Assembly: GCA_029560215.1 (NCBI GenBank)
Contig: JAKPZB010000091.1
Coordinates: 1-43,329, forward strand
Direction of reading: 5' to 3'
Length of the DNA: 43,329 bases
Source of the DNA: Methanobacteriota archaeon
Lineage (GTDB): Archaea > Thermoplasmatota > Thermoplasmata > Methanomassiliicoccales > UBA472
Positions 19,423 to 29,030 of the stretch are shown piece by piece (the first letter of the stretch is position 1; every line of letters begins with the position of its first letter). Both the position numbers and the translations under genes were made by a program. The notes under the pieces are model-generated. The model was not told where the DNA came from and ran no database searches. It saw only the letters and a list, made by a program, of their open reading frames with translations.

Positions 19423-20192
19423 AGCTGAAAGGGCGGGAGATATTCAAGGGAAAGGCGATCGGACGGCTGCTGTTATTGGACGAACCGTTCAGCTTCCTGG
19501 GCGGGGTCGACCCGAAGACCGGGCTGCTGACGGTGGCCTCCGGGCGGGAAGGGGAGAACGTGGAGAACCGTATCCTGGTCTTCCCGTACGGCAAAGGCTC
19601 CACGGTCGGTTCGTACACCATCATGGACCTGAAGAAGAACGGACACCTGCCCGCGGCCATCGTCAACGCCCAGGCGGAGACGATAGTGGCCACCGGGGCG
19701 GTCATGGCCGGAGTGCCGATGATCGACTCCATCGACCTCTCCCTGCTCCGGGACGGCGACCGGGCAGTGGTGATCGGCGACGGATTGGACATGATGGACC
19801 TGGTGGAGAAGAGAGTGGTCACCTGCGTGCTGCGCCGTAAAGGGAAGATGCTGATACTGAAGCGCAGCCAGAAGGTCGGGACCAACAGAGGCAAGTGGGC
19901 CGCGGTGAGCGGCTACATCGAGCGCGGCGAGAGGCCGGAGGAGACCGCCCTGAAGGAGGTGGCCGAGGAGACCGGGATAACCACCGCCCGGCTTGAAGGC
20001 CGGGGAGAGACGCTGCGCATCCGGGACGGAACCTACGTTTGGAGCATCTATCCCTTCCTGTTCGAGGTGGGCGACGAGGAGGTCAAGCTGGACTGGGAGC
20101 ACACCGAGTGCGCCTGGGTGGAGGTCTCGGAGCTACAGGGCTACGACACCGTCCCCGGCTTCCTCAAGGTGCTGGGATCACTGGGACTATAG
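19419..20192 (+). CDS. Aconitase X swivel subunit (DUF126) fused to a C-terminal Nudix hydrolase
   Basis: N-half has SFLGGVDP.TG and GKGSTVGSY. C-half has the Nudix box GYIERGERPEETALKEVAEETG and LDWEH. GTGA coupling to the upstream gene. Confidence 0.9.
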   Translation: MKLKGREIFKGKAIGRLLLLDEPFSFLGGVDPKTGLLTVASGREGENVENRILVFPYGKGSTVGSYTIMDLKKNGHLPAAIVNAQAETIVATGAVMAGVPMIDSIDLSLLRDGDRAVVIGDGLDMMDLVEKRVVTCVLRRKGKMLILKRSQKVGTNRGKWAAVSGYIERGERPEETALKEVAEETGITTARLEGRGETLRIRDGTYVWSIYPFLFEVGDEEVKLDWEHTECAWVEVSELQGYDTVPGFLKVLGSLGL

Positions 20193-23100
20193 CGTCCCGT
20201 CCACTTCCTTCTCCAGCAGGTTCAGCTCGTTGGCGTCCAGGGTGGAAGGGTTCAGCACCATCATCATGATGGAGTTGTTTATGGCCACCTGGTCCCTCAG
20301 CGACTGGACGAAGCGCAGCACGGTGAGGAAGTTGTTGTTGGTTATCAGGTACTCCAACCCATCCAGCAGCACCACGCCCTGCCCCTGGGTCAGGAACTGC
20401 TCGAGCGAGTAGTTCAGCTTCTCCAGGTCCTTGGGGCGCAGGCTGTCCTCCTTGCCCACGTTGCTCAGCCAAACGATCGGGGTCTCGCCCAGTTCGTACT
20501 TGCCGCGGATCTTCACCGGGTAGTTGCGGGTGATGCAGAATCCCCGCTTGCCCTTCTTCAACTGTTCCATGAACAGCTCGTACGAGCGGTCGGAACGGTC
20601 GTCCTTGATCAGGTAGCTGTATCCATCCTGCAGTCCCTGGACCTTGGGCGCTTCCGTTTCCTCCTCTACGACCTCCACCCGCAGCGAGGCGCCGCAGGAA
20701 GGGCAGTTCAGGTCCTTGGCGGATACCTCCCGCCCACACTTGGCGCAGGGGGTGCAGCGCTGGAAGCCTCCGTCGGCGATATACCTCAGTATCTCGTCGA
20801 TGGTCTTGCTCCCCAGCCCGGGGACGCTCTTCAGCTCTTCCCGGTCGGCCGCCTGCAGCCGGTCCAATGAATCGTATCCAGCATCGTATAGCATCTCTGC
20901 CTTGAGCTCGTTCATGCGCGGAATGCGCAAGAGGTAAGGCGCCATCTCCGCCTTGTCCATGGTCTTGCCGGTGCCCTCCGGGACGGCCTTGCAGACCTCG
21001 ACGGCGCGGTCGGAGTGGTGCAGCGCCCGGCGCACGTCGGCCTTGGGCAGCTTGGTCATCTCCTCGATCTTGTCCTCGCCCAACTGCTTCAGGTCGGCCT
21101 CGGTGCGAACCCCGGCGTCCACCAGGGCCTCGGCGGCCTTGGCGGTTATCCCGGGTATCTTGGCCAGCTCCTTGATGGAATCCTTCAGGTTCATGGAGGT
21201 GATGCCCATCTCCACTTTCTCCCCCTCGATCTCCCACTTGCCGACCTGGTCGCCGTGGACCTCCATCACCAGTTCCAGGGATTTGGAGCGCACCTCGGAC
21301 ATGATGTGCTGCTTCCACATCTTGATGTATTCCGCCAACTTCGCGTCGGCGCGGACCTCAACCTTGATGAACTCCTCGACGTCCAGCTTCATCTCCTTGC
21401 GGGTCTGCTGGATCCGGCGTATGATCTCCCGGGAGAACCCTTCCGCCTCGATCTCACGGGTGACCTCGAAGTCCAGGTAGAGCTCGCCGCCGCTGAATGT
21501 GGCGGCGTAGACGTCCTTGGGAAGGGAAACGGTGAAGGATACCATGTTCGGCTCGATCTTCACCAGCTGCCCCTCGATCCCCAGGGAATACTCGCCCCGC
21601 TGCATGCTCTCCTTGATCAGTCCGGCCGGCCGGCTCTGCAGCAGCACCGCGATCTTGGAGGCCCATTGCCGATACACCTTCCCGATGGCCATGGGGTTCG
21701 GCACGACGTTGAGAACGGTCTCCGACCACTCCTCGCCGGTGCCCACGTACTCGACCTCCTTGACATTGGCCTGGGACTTGAGAATGTCCTCCAGGGCGCG
21801 CAATGCGATAAGGGTGTCGTTGCTGTCGACCTTGATCACCACCCTTTTCATCGGCCAGCGCAGCTTGACGTTCTTCAGCTGTCTCTCCCGGGTGACCGTC
21901 TCCACGATCTCCTGGACCATGGACATGGCCTTCTCCAGGCGTTCGTCGACCTTGGTCAGGTCGCTGTTGGGCCAGTCCATCATGTGCACCGTCGGCTTGG
22001 AGCCGTCCATGTGCCGGTAGACCTCCTCGGCCAGATGCGGACATATCGGCGCCAGCAGCAGCGTGGTCTCCATTATCGCGTCGTATAGCGTGCGATAGGC
22101 GGCCAGCTTCCCGGCGTCACCCTCCTCGCTCCACATGCGGTCCCTGATCAATCGAACGTACCATCTCGACAGATCGTCCAGTATGTACTCTTCCAAGGCC
22201 CTTCCGGCCTTGTGCAGCTCCAGGGCGTTCACCTGGCGGGTGAACTCGTTCTTGAGCTTCTCGGTGCGGGAGATGAGCCAGATGTCCTCCTGTTTGAGAT
22301 GCGCGCGCACCGCCTCCTTGGTGATGCGCTGCGGCTCGAAGCGGTCGATGGCCATGTAGGTGGTGGCGAAGTTGACCACGTTCCAGAAGACGTTCAAGGT
22401 CTTGCGGGCGTTCTTCACCCCCTCCATCTGGAAGGGGATGTCCTCCCAAGGGGCGGAGGTCTTCAGCAGGTAGAAGCGAAGGGCGTCGGCCCCGTGCTCC
22501 TTGATGACCTTGCCCGGCTCGACCACGTTGCCCTTGCTCTTGGACATGGGCTGGCCTTGGCCGTCCAGCATCCATCCGTGCATCAGCACCGATTCGTATG
22601 GAGCGCGTCCGAAGGCGATCACGCCCGCGGCGAGCTGCGAATAGAACCATCCCCTGGTCTGATCGTGAGCTTCGACGATGAACTTGGCCGGCCAGAGCCG
22701 CTCGAAAGCGTCCCGCCTCTTGGGGAATCCCAGCTGCGCCCACGAGGCCACGGCCGAATCGAACCAAACGTCCAGAACGTCCGGCACCCGGCTCATCTTG
22801 CCCCCGCACTTGGGGCAGACCAGCTTGACGGAGTCTATCCAGGGGCGGTGAAGCTCCATGTCCTCCACGTAGCCTTCGGCTCCCTTGAGCTCGTCGGTCA
22901 TGCCCACCACCCGTATCTCTCCGCAGGAACAGGTCCAGACCGGGATGGGTATGCCCCAGTACCTCTGCCGGGAGATGCACCAGTCGCGGGCGTTCATGGC
23001 CCAGTCGTATTCGCGGGAGGACCCGGCCCAGTCCGGGGTCCAGCGGACCTTCTCGATCTCCTCCAGCATCTGGTTCTTGACCTGGGTGACCCGCAGGAAC

Positions 23101-24347
23101 CACTGGTCGGTGGTTCGGAATAGAACGGGAGATTTACAACGCCAGCAGTGGCCGAAACGGTGTTCGATGGTGCCGCTGAAGAACAAGCGGTCGTTGGCCT
23201 CCAGGTCCTTGAGCAGCTCCGGATTGGCCTTCTTTATGTGCATGCCGACGTACTTGCTTCCCACCAGCGGGGTGTACACCCCGGCCTCGTCGACCGGGCA
23301 GAAGGGCTCGAGCCCGAACTCCTTGCCCAGCTCGAAGTCCTCCGGGCCGTGGCCGGGGGCGATGTGCACCAGTCCGGTGTTGGAGGCCTCCACGTTCTTG
23401 GAGGGAAGGACCTTGTGCAGCCATTTTCCAGTGGCCTGCGCCTGATAGGGGACCATGTCGATGAAGGGGGTTATGTACTCCACTCCGACCAGGTCGTCGC
23501 CCTGGATGGTCTGGAGCACCTCATACTTCTCCCAGCCTCCCAGGTCCTTGATCTCCTCCTCCAGCCCCTTCATGATGATGACCGTGTCGGTGACCCCGAT
23601 GCGCCGGTAGCGCACCTTGACGTATTCGAAATCGGGGTGAGCGGCCACCGCCAGGTTGGCCGGCAACGTCCAGGGAGTGGTGGTCCAGATCAAGAGCGAG
23701 ACCTTGGGGTCGTCCTTCAGTCGGAACTTGACGTAGATCGAAGGGTCCTTCTCGTCCCAATAGTCGATCTCCGCCTCGGCCAGGGCGGTCTCGCAGCGCG
23801 GGCAGCCCGGAAGCACCCGGCTGGCCTTGATCAGAAGTCCTTTGTCGTAAGCGCGCTTGAGCGTCCACCAGGCCGCTTCTATGTAGCCCGGGGCGATGGT
23901 GAGGTACGGTCTATCCCAATCGAACCACACGCCCAGCTCTTTGAAGTCGGCGTTCATCTGCTTCTGGAAGTCCAGGGCGAAGTTCTTGCACGTACCGACG
24001 AAGCGGTCGATGCCGTACTCCTCGATCTCCTTCTTGTTCTTCACGCCTATGGACTTCTCCACCTTGACCTCGATGGGTAGCCCATGCATGTCGTAGCCAG
24101 GAGTATCGCTCACGTTGAACTTCTGCATGCGCTTGAACCGGACGATCATGTCCTTGATGGTCTTGTTCATCGCTGTGCCAAGGTGGATGTATCCAGTGGT
24201 GTAGGGAGGACCGTCCACGAAATAGAAGTCCGGGCCGGAGGCCCTGAGTTCCTTGGTCTTCTTGTACGCGTCGGTCTCCGCCCAAAGGGCCTGCACCGAC
24301 CTTTCCAGCGCGCTAGGGTTATAACTGCCTTGGACCTGCTTTATCAT
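20187..24347 (-). CDS. ileS: Isoleucine--tRNA ligase with C-terminal HhH-HhH-Zn ribbon-DUF835 extension
   Basis: DGPPY...HLGT (HIGH), WTTTPWTLP, DWCISRQRYWG, DQTRGWF and PMSKS (KMSKS). Total 1386 aa, with the core ending near aa 1050. Confidence 0.95.
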   Translation of the reverse strand: MIKQVQGSYNPSALERSVQALWAETDAYKKTKELRASGPDFYFVDGPPYTTGYIHLGTAMNKTIKDMIVRFKRMQKFNVSDTPGYDMHGLPIEVKVEKSIGVKNKKEIEEYGIDRFVGTCKNFALDFQKQMNADFKELGVWFDWDRPYLTIAPGYIEAAWWTLKRAYDKGLLIKASRVLPGCPRCETALAEAEIDYWDEKDPSIYVKFRLKDDPKVSLLIWTTTPWTLPANLAVAAHPDFEYVKVRYRRIGVTDTVIIMKGLEEEIKDLGGWEKYEVLQTIQGDDLVGVEYITPFIDMVPYQAQATGKWLHKVLPSKNVEASNTGLVHIAPGHGPEDFELGKEFGLEPFCPVDEAGVYTPLVGSKYVGMHIKKANPELLKDLEANDRLFFSGTIEHRFGHCWRCKSPVLFRTTDQWFLRVTQVKNQMLEEIEKVRWTPDWAGSSREYDWAMNARDWCISRQRYWGIPIPVWTCSCGEIRVVGMTDELKGAEGYVEDMELHRPWIDSVKLVCPKCGGKMSRVPDVLDVWFDSAVASWAQLGFPKRRDAFERLWPAKFIVEAHDQTRGWFYSQLAAGVIAFGRAPYESVLMHGWMLDGQGQPMSKSKGNVVEPGKVIKEHGADALRFYLLKTSAPWEDIPFQMEGVKNARKTLNVFWNVVNFATTYMAIDRFEPQRITKEAVRAHLKQEDIWLISRTEKLKNEFTRQVNALELHKAGRALEEYILDDLSRWYVRLIRDRMWSEEGDAGKLAAYRTLYDAIMETTLLLAPICPHLAEEVYRHMDGSKPTVHMMDWPNSDLTKVDERLEKAMSMVQEIVETVTRERQLKNVKLRWPMKRVVIKVDSNDTLIALRALEDILKSQANVKEVEYVGTGEEWSETVLNVVPNPMAIGKVYRQWASKIAVLLQSRPAGLIKESMQRGEYSLGIEGQLVKIEPNMVSFTVSLPKDVYAATFSGGELYLDFEVTREIEAEGFSREIIRRIQQTRKEMKLDVEEFIKVEVRADAKLAEYIKMWKQHIMSEVRSKSLELVMEVHGDQVGKWEIEGEKVEMGITSMNLKDSIKELAKIPGITAKAAEALVDAGVRTEADLKQLGEDKIEEMTKLPKADVRRALHHSDRAVEVCKAVPEGTGKTMDKAEMAPYLLRIPRMNELKAEMLYDAGYDSLDRLQAADREELKSVPGLGSKTIDEILRYIADGGFQRCTPCAKCGREVSAKDLNCPSCGASLRVEVVEEETEAPKVQGLQDGYSYLIKDDRSDRSYELFMEQLKKGKRGFCITRNYPVKIRGKYELGETPIVWLSNVGKEDSLRPKDLEKLNYSLEQFLTQGQGVVLLDGLEYLITNNNFLTVLRFVQSLRDQVAINNSIMMMVLNPSTLDANELNLLEKEVDGTL

Positions 24348-24430
24348 CGCCGTCCCTTTACGCCCCTATTGGCCAACTTCCTTTTAAACCCGTTGGTCCT
24401 GGCTACGCGTCATCGCATCCTCCGGACGGC

Positions 24431-25441
24431 TCAGAACATGTCGAGGCGCATTTGGTCCTTCTTGCCGGAGGAGAACTTGTCCAAGGCCCCGTTCACCCTT
24501 TTCTCGGAGAACCCGTACTCTCCGCAGAGCATATCCAGCACCTTCTGGCGGTTCGGCGGGCTCCAGACCAGGCGATAATCGTCGGTGCGTTCATAGTCCA
24601 GGAATATCGAGCGCACCCGCTCCATCTCCTGGTCCTCCAGGCCCAGCGAGCGCAATGCCCCGGTCAGCGTCCCGTGCTGCTTGATCAGCTTGAGCGCTTT
24701 CCTCGGCCCGATGCCCATCACCCCCGGGTGAAAGTCCGTTCCGACCAGGATGCAGAGGTCCACCAGCTGCTTCCCGTTGAGCCCCAGGGCCGCCAGGGTC
24801 TCCTCGCGGTCGATGATCTGCATGCGCACCTCGCGGTACTCGTCCCTTCCTGGCATCTTGCGCCTTCCTGAAAGGGTGAGGTTGCGCACCAGCCGCGGGG
24901 CGCCGAAAAGAAGCGAATCGAAGTCCTGGGAGGCCGAGGCCCAGACATCCCCTTTGGCGCACATGTAGGCGGCCTGCGCCTCGCCTTCCTCGGGGGCTTG
25001 CACCACCGGAATGCCCAGGTGGGTCAAGAGGATGCGCGAGGATTCCACGATCTCATTGGTGATACGCGAGGACTGGGTGGCCTTGGAGTAGGCCTTCCGT
25101 ACATCGCCCTCGGCCTTGGCCTGCTCCCATTCCTTCTTGGCCGTCTCCCTCCTTTCCCGGCGCTCCCGGATGGTGGCGTCCTTCTTCTCCGGGGGGATGC
25201 CGTCGAAGACGTAGGCGGGCCGCAGCCCCATCTCCATCAGGTTGGCGTTGCGGTTGAGCAGACCCTCGAGGTGCGAGGTGATCCTACCCCGGGGGTCCAT
25301 GAGCGGGGTCCCGTCCGGCTGCCTGATCACCGATAGGAACTGATAGATGGCGTTGTAGGCGTCGATGGCCACGGTCCTTCCCATGAGGTCCCGCGGCTCC
25401 AGGTCCTTGGCCGCGACGAGGTCGGATAGGTTTACGCCCAT
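24431..25441 (-). CDS. fen: Flap endonuclease 1
   Basis: MGV start, IDAYN.IYQFL, EGEAQAA, SQDFDSLLFGAP, GTDF.PG..GIGP and C-terminal PIP box QMRLDMF. Confidence 0.96.
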   Translation of the reverse strand: MGVNLSDLVAAKDLEPRDLMGRTVAIDAYNAIYQFLSVIRQPDGTPLMDPRGRITSHLEGLLNRNANLMEMGLRPAYVFDGIPPEKKDATIRERRERRETAKKEWEQAKAEGDVRKAYSKATQSSRITNEIVESSRILLTHLGIPVVQAPEEGEAQAAYMCAKGDVWASASQDFDSLLFGAPRLVRNLTLSGRRKMPGRDEYREVRMQIIDREETLAALGLNGKQLVDLCILVGTDFHPGVMGIGPRKALKLIKQHGTLTGALRSLGLEDQEMERVRSIFLDYERTDDYRLVWSPPNRQKVLDMLCGEYGFSEKRVNGALDKFSSGKKDQMRLDMF

Positions 25442-25505
25442 ATCGATCGAGGAGGTTATCCCTCTCGGCCATAAAGTTATTGTCCAAGTCACGAATGATT
25501 TCATC

Positions 25506-25715
25506 ATGCGCGACGAGCACGGCGAACCCGGAAGGAGGCCGGTGACGGAAGGCCAGACCTACGAGGTGAAGATCACCGACATCGGCGAAAGGGGTGACGG
25601 GATCGGAAAGATAGACGGTCTGGTGATAATCGTCCCCGATGCCACGCCGGGGGAGACGGTGAAGGTGCGCATCTCCCGGGTGGAGAGAAAGGTGGCGTTC
25701 GGCCGGAAGGTCTGA
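25506..25715 (+). CDS. Single TRAM-domain RNA-binding protein
   Basis: PV.EG.TYEV.I.DIG..GDGIGKIDG..I.VP...PGE.V.V.I pattern. Confidence 0.88.
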   Translation: MRDEHGEPGRRPVTEGQTYEVKITDIGERGDGIGKIDGLVIIVPDATPGETVKVRISRVERKVAFGRKV

Positions 25716-25889
25716 TCAGTCTTCGGCCTTGGGAATATAGAGCATGGTGAGCCCTACGCCCAGCCAGATGACGGCGAGCATGATCACCCAGATGCTAGGC
25801 GTGATCAACAGAGCGGCCAATAGGAACAACAGCGGGGCGATGACAGTGAGGAAGATCACCATCTGCCTTCCAGACATCTTCATGTACAT
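25716..25889 (-). CDS. Small two-TM membrane protein (57 aa; absent from the ORF track)
   Basis: My translation is MYMKMSGRQMVIFLTVIAPLLFLLAALLITPSIWVIMLAVIWLGVGLTMLYIPKAED. It has a GGGGAG RBS and fills the gap exactly. Confidence 0.7.
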   Translation of the reverse strand: MYMKMSGRQMVIFLTVIAPLLFLLAALLITPSIWVIMLAVIWLGVGLTMLYIPKAED

Positions 25890-25932
25890 CGCTCCCCGGA
25901 TAGCCGCCCTTTCGATATGAACTTTCCTGCGC

Positions 25933-26343
25933 TCAGTCCAGTTCCTTCTTCTTGTTCACGAACTTGATCCCCGCCCAGTCCTCGTCCAGGGAGGAGATCT
26001 TGACCTCGGCCATGCCGTGTCCGGTGCCCACCTCGCGGACGGTGACCCCGACGAGATCGGAATCGATCTTCGAGGAGGTCCTGGGGTAGGATATCCAGAT
26101 GATGCCTTCCCTCTTCAGGGCACGCATGAGCTTGGGGAATTCCTTGCGCAGTTCGTCCTCGGAGGTGGTGAAGAGCTGAATGAAATCCAGGTCGGTATCC
26201 CCGCTGCCGGCCTCGATCACGTTCTTGGGGAGGCGTCCCAAGGCCATATCGTACTTGGAAGGTGCGTTTATGATGCGTATCCTCTGACCTTCCTTAATTC
26301 CCAGCTTGGCCACCAGTGATTTCTTGGAACCTATTCTCGCCAT
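25933..26343 (-). CDS. DUF3052-like protein
   Basis: L..KLGIK.G, LKREG.IWISYP.SSK..SD and EVKI.S.DEDW.G.KF. Confidence 0.75.
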   Translation of the reverse strand: MARIGSKKSLVAKLGIKEGQRIRIINAPSKYDMALGRLPKNVIEAGSGDTDLDFIQLFTTSEDELRKEFPKLMRALKREGIIWISYPRTSSKIDSDLVGVTVREVGTGHGMAEVKISSLDEDWAGIKFVNKKKELD

Positions 26344-26447
26344 GATCGGACCATTCCCGCGATTTGTAAAACCCTATCGTTTAAATACGACAAGGTTCGC
26401 CCTAGATTTCGGTTCACCGTTATTATACTTGCTATTGAAAATCGCTT

Positions 26448-27095
26448 TCAATACTTGTGCCAAAGGTCGATCTCGGCCGCCATGTCCTTGGCCTTGAACA
26501 AGGCCGATCCGGCGGCCAGCACGGTGGCGCCGTTCTCCACGCACAGCTTTCCGGTCTCCCGGTTGACGCCGCCATCGATGACGATCTCGAAATCCAGCTT
26601 GTTGTCGTCCCTGATCCGGCGGGACCGCGATATCTTCGGCAGAACGTCCGACCGGAAGGATTGGCCGCCGAAGCCGGGCTGAACGGTCATGATCAACAGC
26701 AGATCGATGTCCCCAAAATAGGGTTCCACCTTGGCCAGCTCGGTTCCGGGATTGAGGGATATCCCGGCCTTCATCCCCAGTCGCTGGATGTGGGCGAGAA
26801 CGCCCTTGACGTCATGGGTGGCCTCCACATGCACCGTGAGATAATCGGCCCCGCACTCCGCGAAGCGCTCCACATACCTCTCAGGCATCTCGATCATCAG
26901 GTGCACGTCAAAAGGTATCTTGGCGTGCGGCCGCAAAGCCTTGATCACCTCCGGACCGATGGTCAGGTTGGGAACGAACACCCCGTCCATGACATCCACG
27001 TGTATCCAGTCGGCCTTGGCCGCCTCGACCCGGCGAACCTCGTCGCCCAGCCGGGCGAAATCGGCGGAAAGTATCGATGGGGCTACCTTGACCAT
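26448..27095 (-). CDS. rpe: Ribulose-phosphate 3-epimerase
   Basis: APSILSADF, HVDVMDGVFVPNLT, DVHLM, MTVQPGFGGQ and IDGG. Confidence 0.96.
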   Translation of the reverse strand: MVKVAPSILSADFARLGDEVRRVEAAKADWIHVDVMDGVFVPNLTIGPEVIKALRPHAKIPFDVHLMIEMPERYVERFAECGADYLTVHVEATHDVKGVLAHIQRLGMKAGISLNPGTELAKVEPYFGDIDLLLIMTVQPGFGGQSFRSDVLPKISRSRRIRDDNKLDFEIVIDGGVNRETGKLCVENGATVLAAGSALFKAKDMAAEIDLWHKY

Positions 27096-27162
27096 GATGG
27101 GACCTCGGAACGGTCTGGAGATGGTCCCCAGGCTAAAAATACTTTGGATTCCCGCCTTTCGG

Positions 27163-27579
27163 TCAAGGGACCAGCAGCAGTGGGACCTTGATGTTCTGGG
27201 ATACCTGGCCTGAGACGCCTCCCAGGGAGATGGCCGGCGAGCTTCCCGATCCCTTGCGGCCCATGATCACCAGATGATGTTTCCCGGACATCTTCAGGAT
27301 GGCCTCCGCCGGATTCCCGGTCAGCACGCTCAGGCAATGTTCCACACCCGATTCCTTTAGCAGCGAGGCGGCGGCGCGGGACTTGGCCTTGGCGATGGCC
27401 TCCACGTCGCAGACCGGGGCGGTCTTCTCCATGAAGTAGTCGCAGTCCATGGGCGTCACCACCACCAGCAAGGTCACGCAACCGTCTACCGACACCAGGA
27501 GGTCGCGGGCGAACTCCACCGCCCTGAGGGAGTTCTCCGAGCCGTCAACGCAGACCAGGACCTTGCGCCTGTCGTTCAT
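27163..27579 (-). CDS. Universal stress protein (UspA family)
   Basis: VLVCVDGSENS, G.PAEAI and MG..G...LGGVS...VPLLLVP. Confidence 0.9.
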   Translation of the reverse strand: MNDRRKVLVCVDGSENSLRAVEFARDLLVSVDGCVTLLVVVTPMDCDYFMEKTAPVCDVEAIAKAKSRAAASLLKESGVEHCLSVLTGNPAEAILKMSGKHHLVIMGRKGSGSSPAISLGGVSGQVSQNIKVPLLLVP

Positions 27580-27661
27580 GATAATCGATTCCTCGCTCGG
27601 GCAATAAGCATATCCCCCGGGGGGACAATCCTATTATATCCATAAGGGAGGTTCCAGGTCC

Positions 27662-27877
27662 ATGGCGGAAGCTCGTCACGCTACCAAGGCCAGCAGGGCC
27701 TGCGATGTCAAGGGATGCGGTTCCGAGGCCGAGCGCTCCATATCCGGGGATGCGGCCAGCGAAGCCAAGCTCAAGGTCGATGAAGGCCTGAAGCGGGTGC
27801 ACCTGTGCAAGGACCACTATCGGGAGTACAAGAAGGGCTCCCGGAAGGAGCGGGAGCTGGAATCCCTCGGAAGGTGA
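27662..27877 (+). CDS. Small putative Zn-binding protein
   Basis: CDVKGC...LCKDHY (C3H ligand set) with a basic C-terminal helix. Confidence 0.75.
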   Translation: MAEARHATKASRACDVKGCGSEAERSISGDAASEAKLKVDEGLKRVHLCKDHYREYKKGSRKERELESLGR

Positions 27878-27917
27878 TTCAGCAAAGAATAATATCCTTT
27901 AAGGATTCCCCCGGGTC

Positions 27918-29024
27918 ATGAAGGCAGGCTATATCCAGTTGCTCTCCAGCGCCGGTCTGTCCGGCGCCGCTCTGCTCATCCCCAACATGCTGAGGGACGA
28001 GCTGGGCGCCAACACCATGGAGATCGGCCTGATCACCGCCTCCTTCAATCTCGCCCTTTTCTTATCGTCCTACATCTTCGGAAGGGCCTCCGACGTGCAC
28101 GGACGGAAGCTGTATCTTCAGGGCGGTCTCGCCCTCACGACCATATCCCTCTTCCTGCTGGTGTTCGCCAACAGCAAGGAGACCATCGCCGTGGTCCGCA
28201 TCATGATCGGGCTGTGCGCCGGTATCTATCCATCGGCTCTGCTGACCTATGTTTACGAGACTGAAGGGAAGATAGGCAAGTTCACCGCCTACGGCAGCCT
28301 CGGTTTCGGCATCGGAACGTTCATCGCCGGGTTGCTTACGATCTATTATGAGATATTCCTCGTCAGCGGGTTGATGCTGCTGGTGGCCTACGTCATCTCC
28401 ACCCGCATGATGTTCACCAGTGAGAAGGTGCATCAGGTCCCGCTGTTCCCGGCGGCGATGATCCGGCACAATTATCCGGTGTACCTGTCGATCATGTTCA
28501 GGCACACCGGCGCCAACATGATATGGGTGGTCTACCCGCTGTTCCTGGCCGACCTGGGGGCGACACCTCTCTTCATCGGCTTCGTCTACGGCATCAACGC
28601 CATCGGCCAATACATCTTCATGCGCTTCATCGACCGTTTCAAGACCTATCACCTGGTGATGGCCGGTTTCGTCTTCTCCATCATCACCTTCCCATCATAC
28701 ACCCTGGCCACCCGCCCCGAGGAGATCATCCCCATGCAAGTGTCCCTCGCCGCCGCCTGGTCCTGCCTTTACGTCGGCTCGATCAAATACCTCATGGAGA
28801 GGAACGAGGAGAAGGGGACCTCGTCCGGACTGCTGCAGTCCTTCCTGAGCATCTCGGCCATCATCGGCGCCCTGGTCGGCGGGATAACCGTCTACGCCCT
28901 CGGTTATCACGGCTCGATGTTAATCGCCACCGCTCTGGCCATCATCGGTTTCCTCATCTTCATCGTGGGCAACAGCTTCATGAACCGTAAGGAGAAAGGC
29001 GTTATAGCCCCCAAGGGGGTTTAG
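27918..29024 (+). CDS. MFS transporter
   Basis: Motif A (GRASDVHGRK) and about 12 TM segments. Confidence 0.88.
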   Translation: MKAGYIQLLSSAGLSGAALLIPNMLRDELGANTMEIGLITASFNLALFLSSYIFGRASDVHGRKLYLQGGLALTTISLFLLVFANSKETIAVVRIMIGLCAGIYPSALLTYVYETEGKIGKFTAYGSLGFGIGTFIAGLLTIYYEIFLVSGLMLLVAYVISTRMMFTSEKVHQVPLFPAAMIRHNYPVYLSIMFRHTGANMIWVVYPLFLADLGATPLFIGFVYGINAIGQYIFMRFIDRFKTYHLVMAGFVFSIITFPSYTLATRPEEIIPMQVSLAAAWSCLYVGSIKYLMERNEEKGTSSGLLQSFLSISAIIGALVGGITVYALGYHGSMLIATALAIIGFLIFIVGNSFMNRKEKGVIAPKGV

Positions 29025-29030
29025 GTAGCC

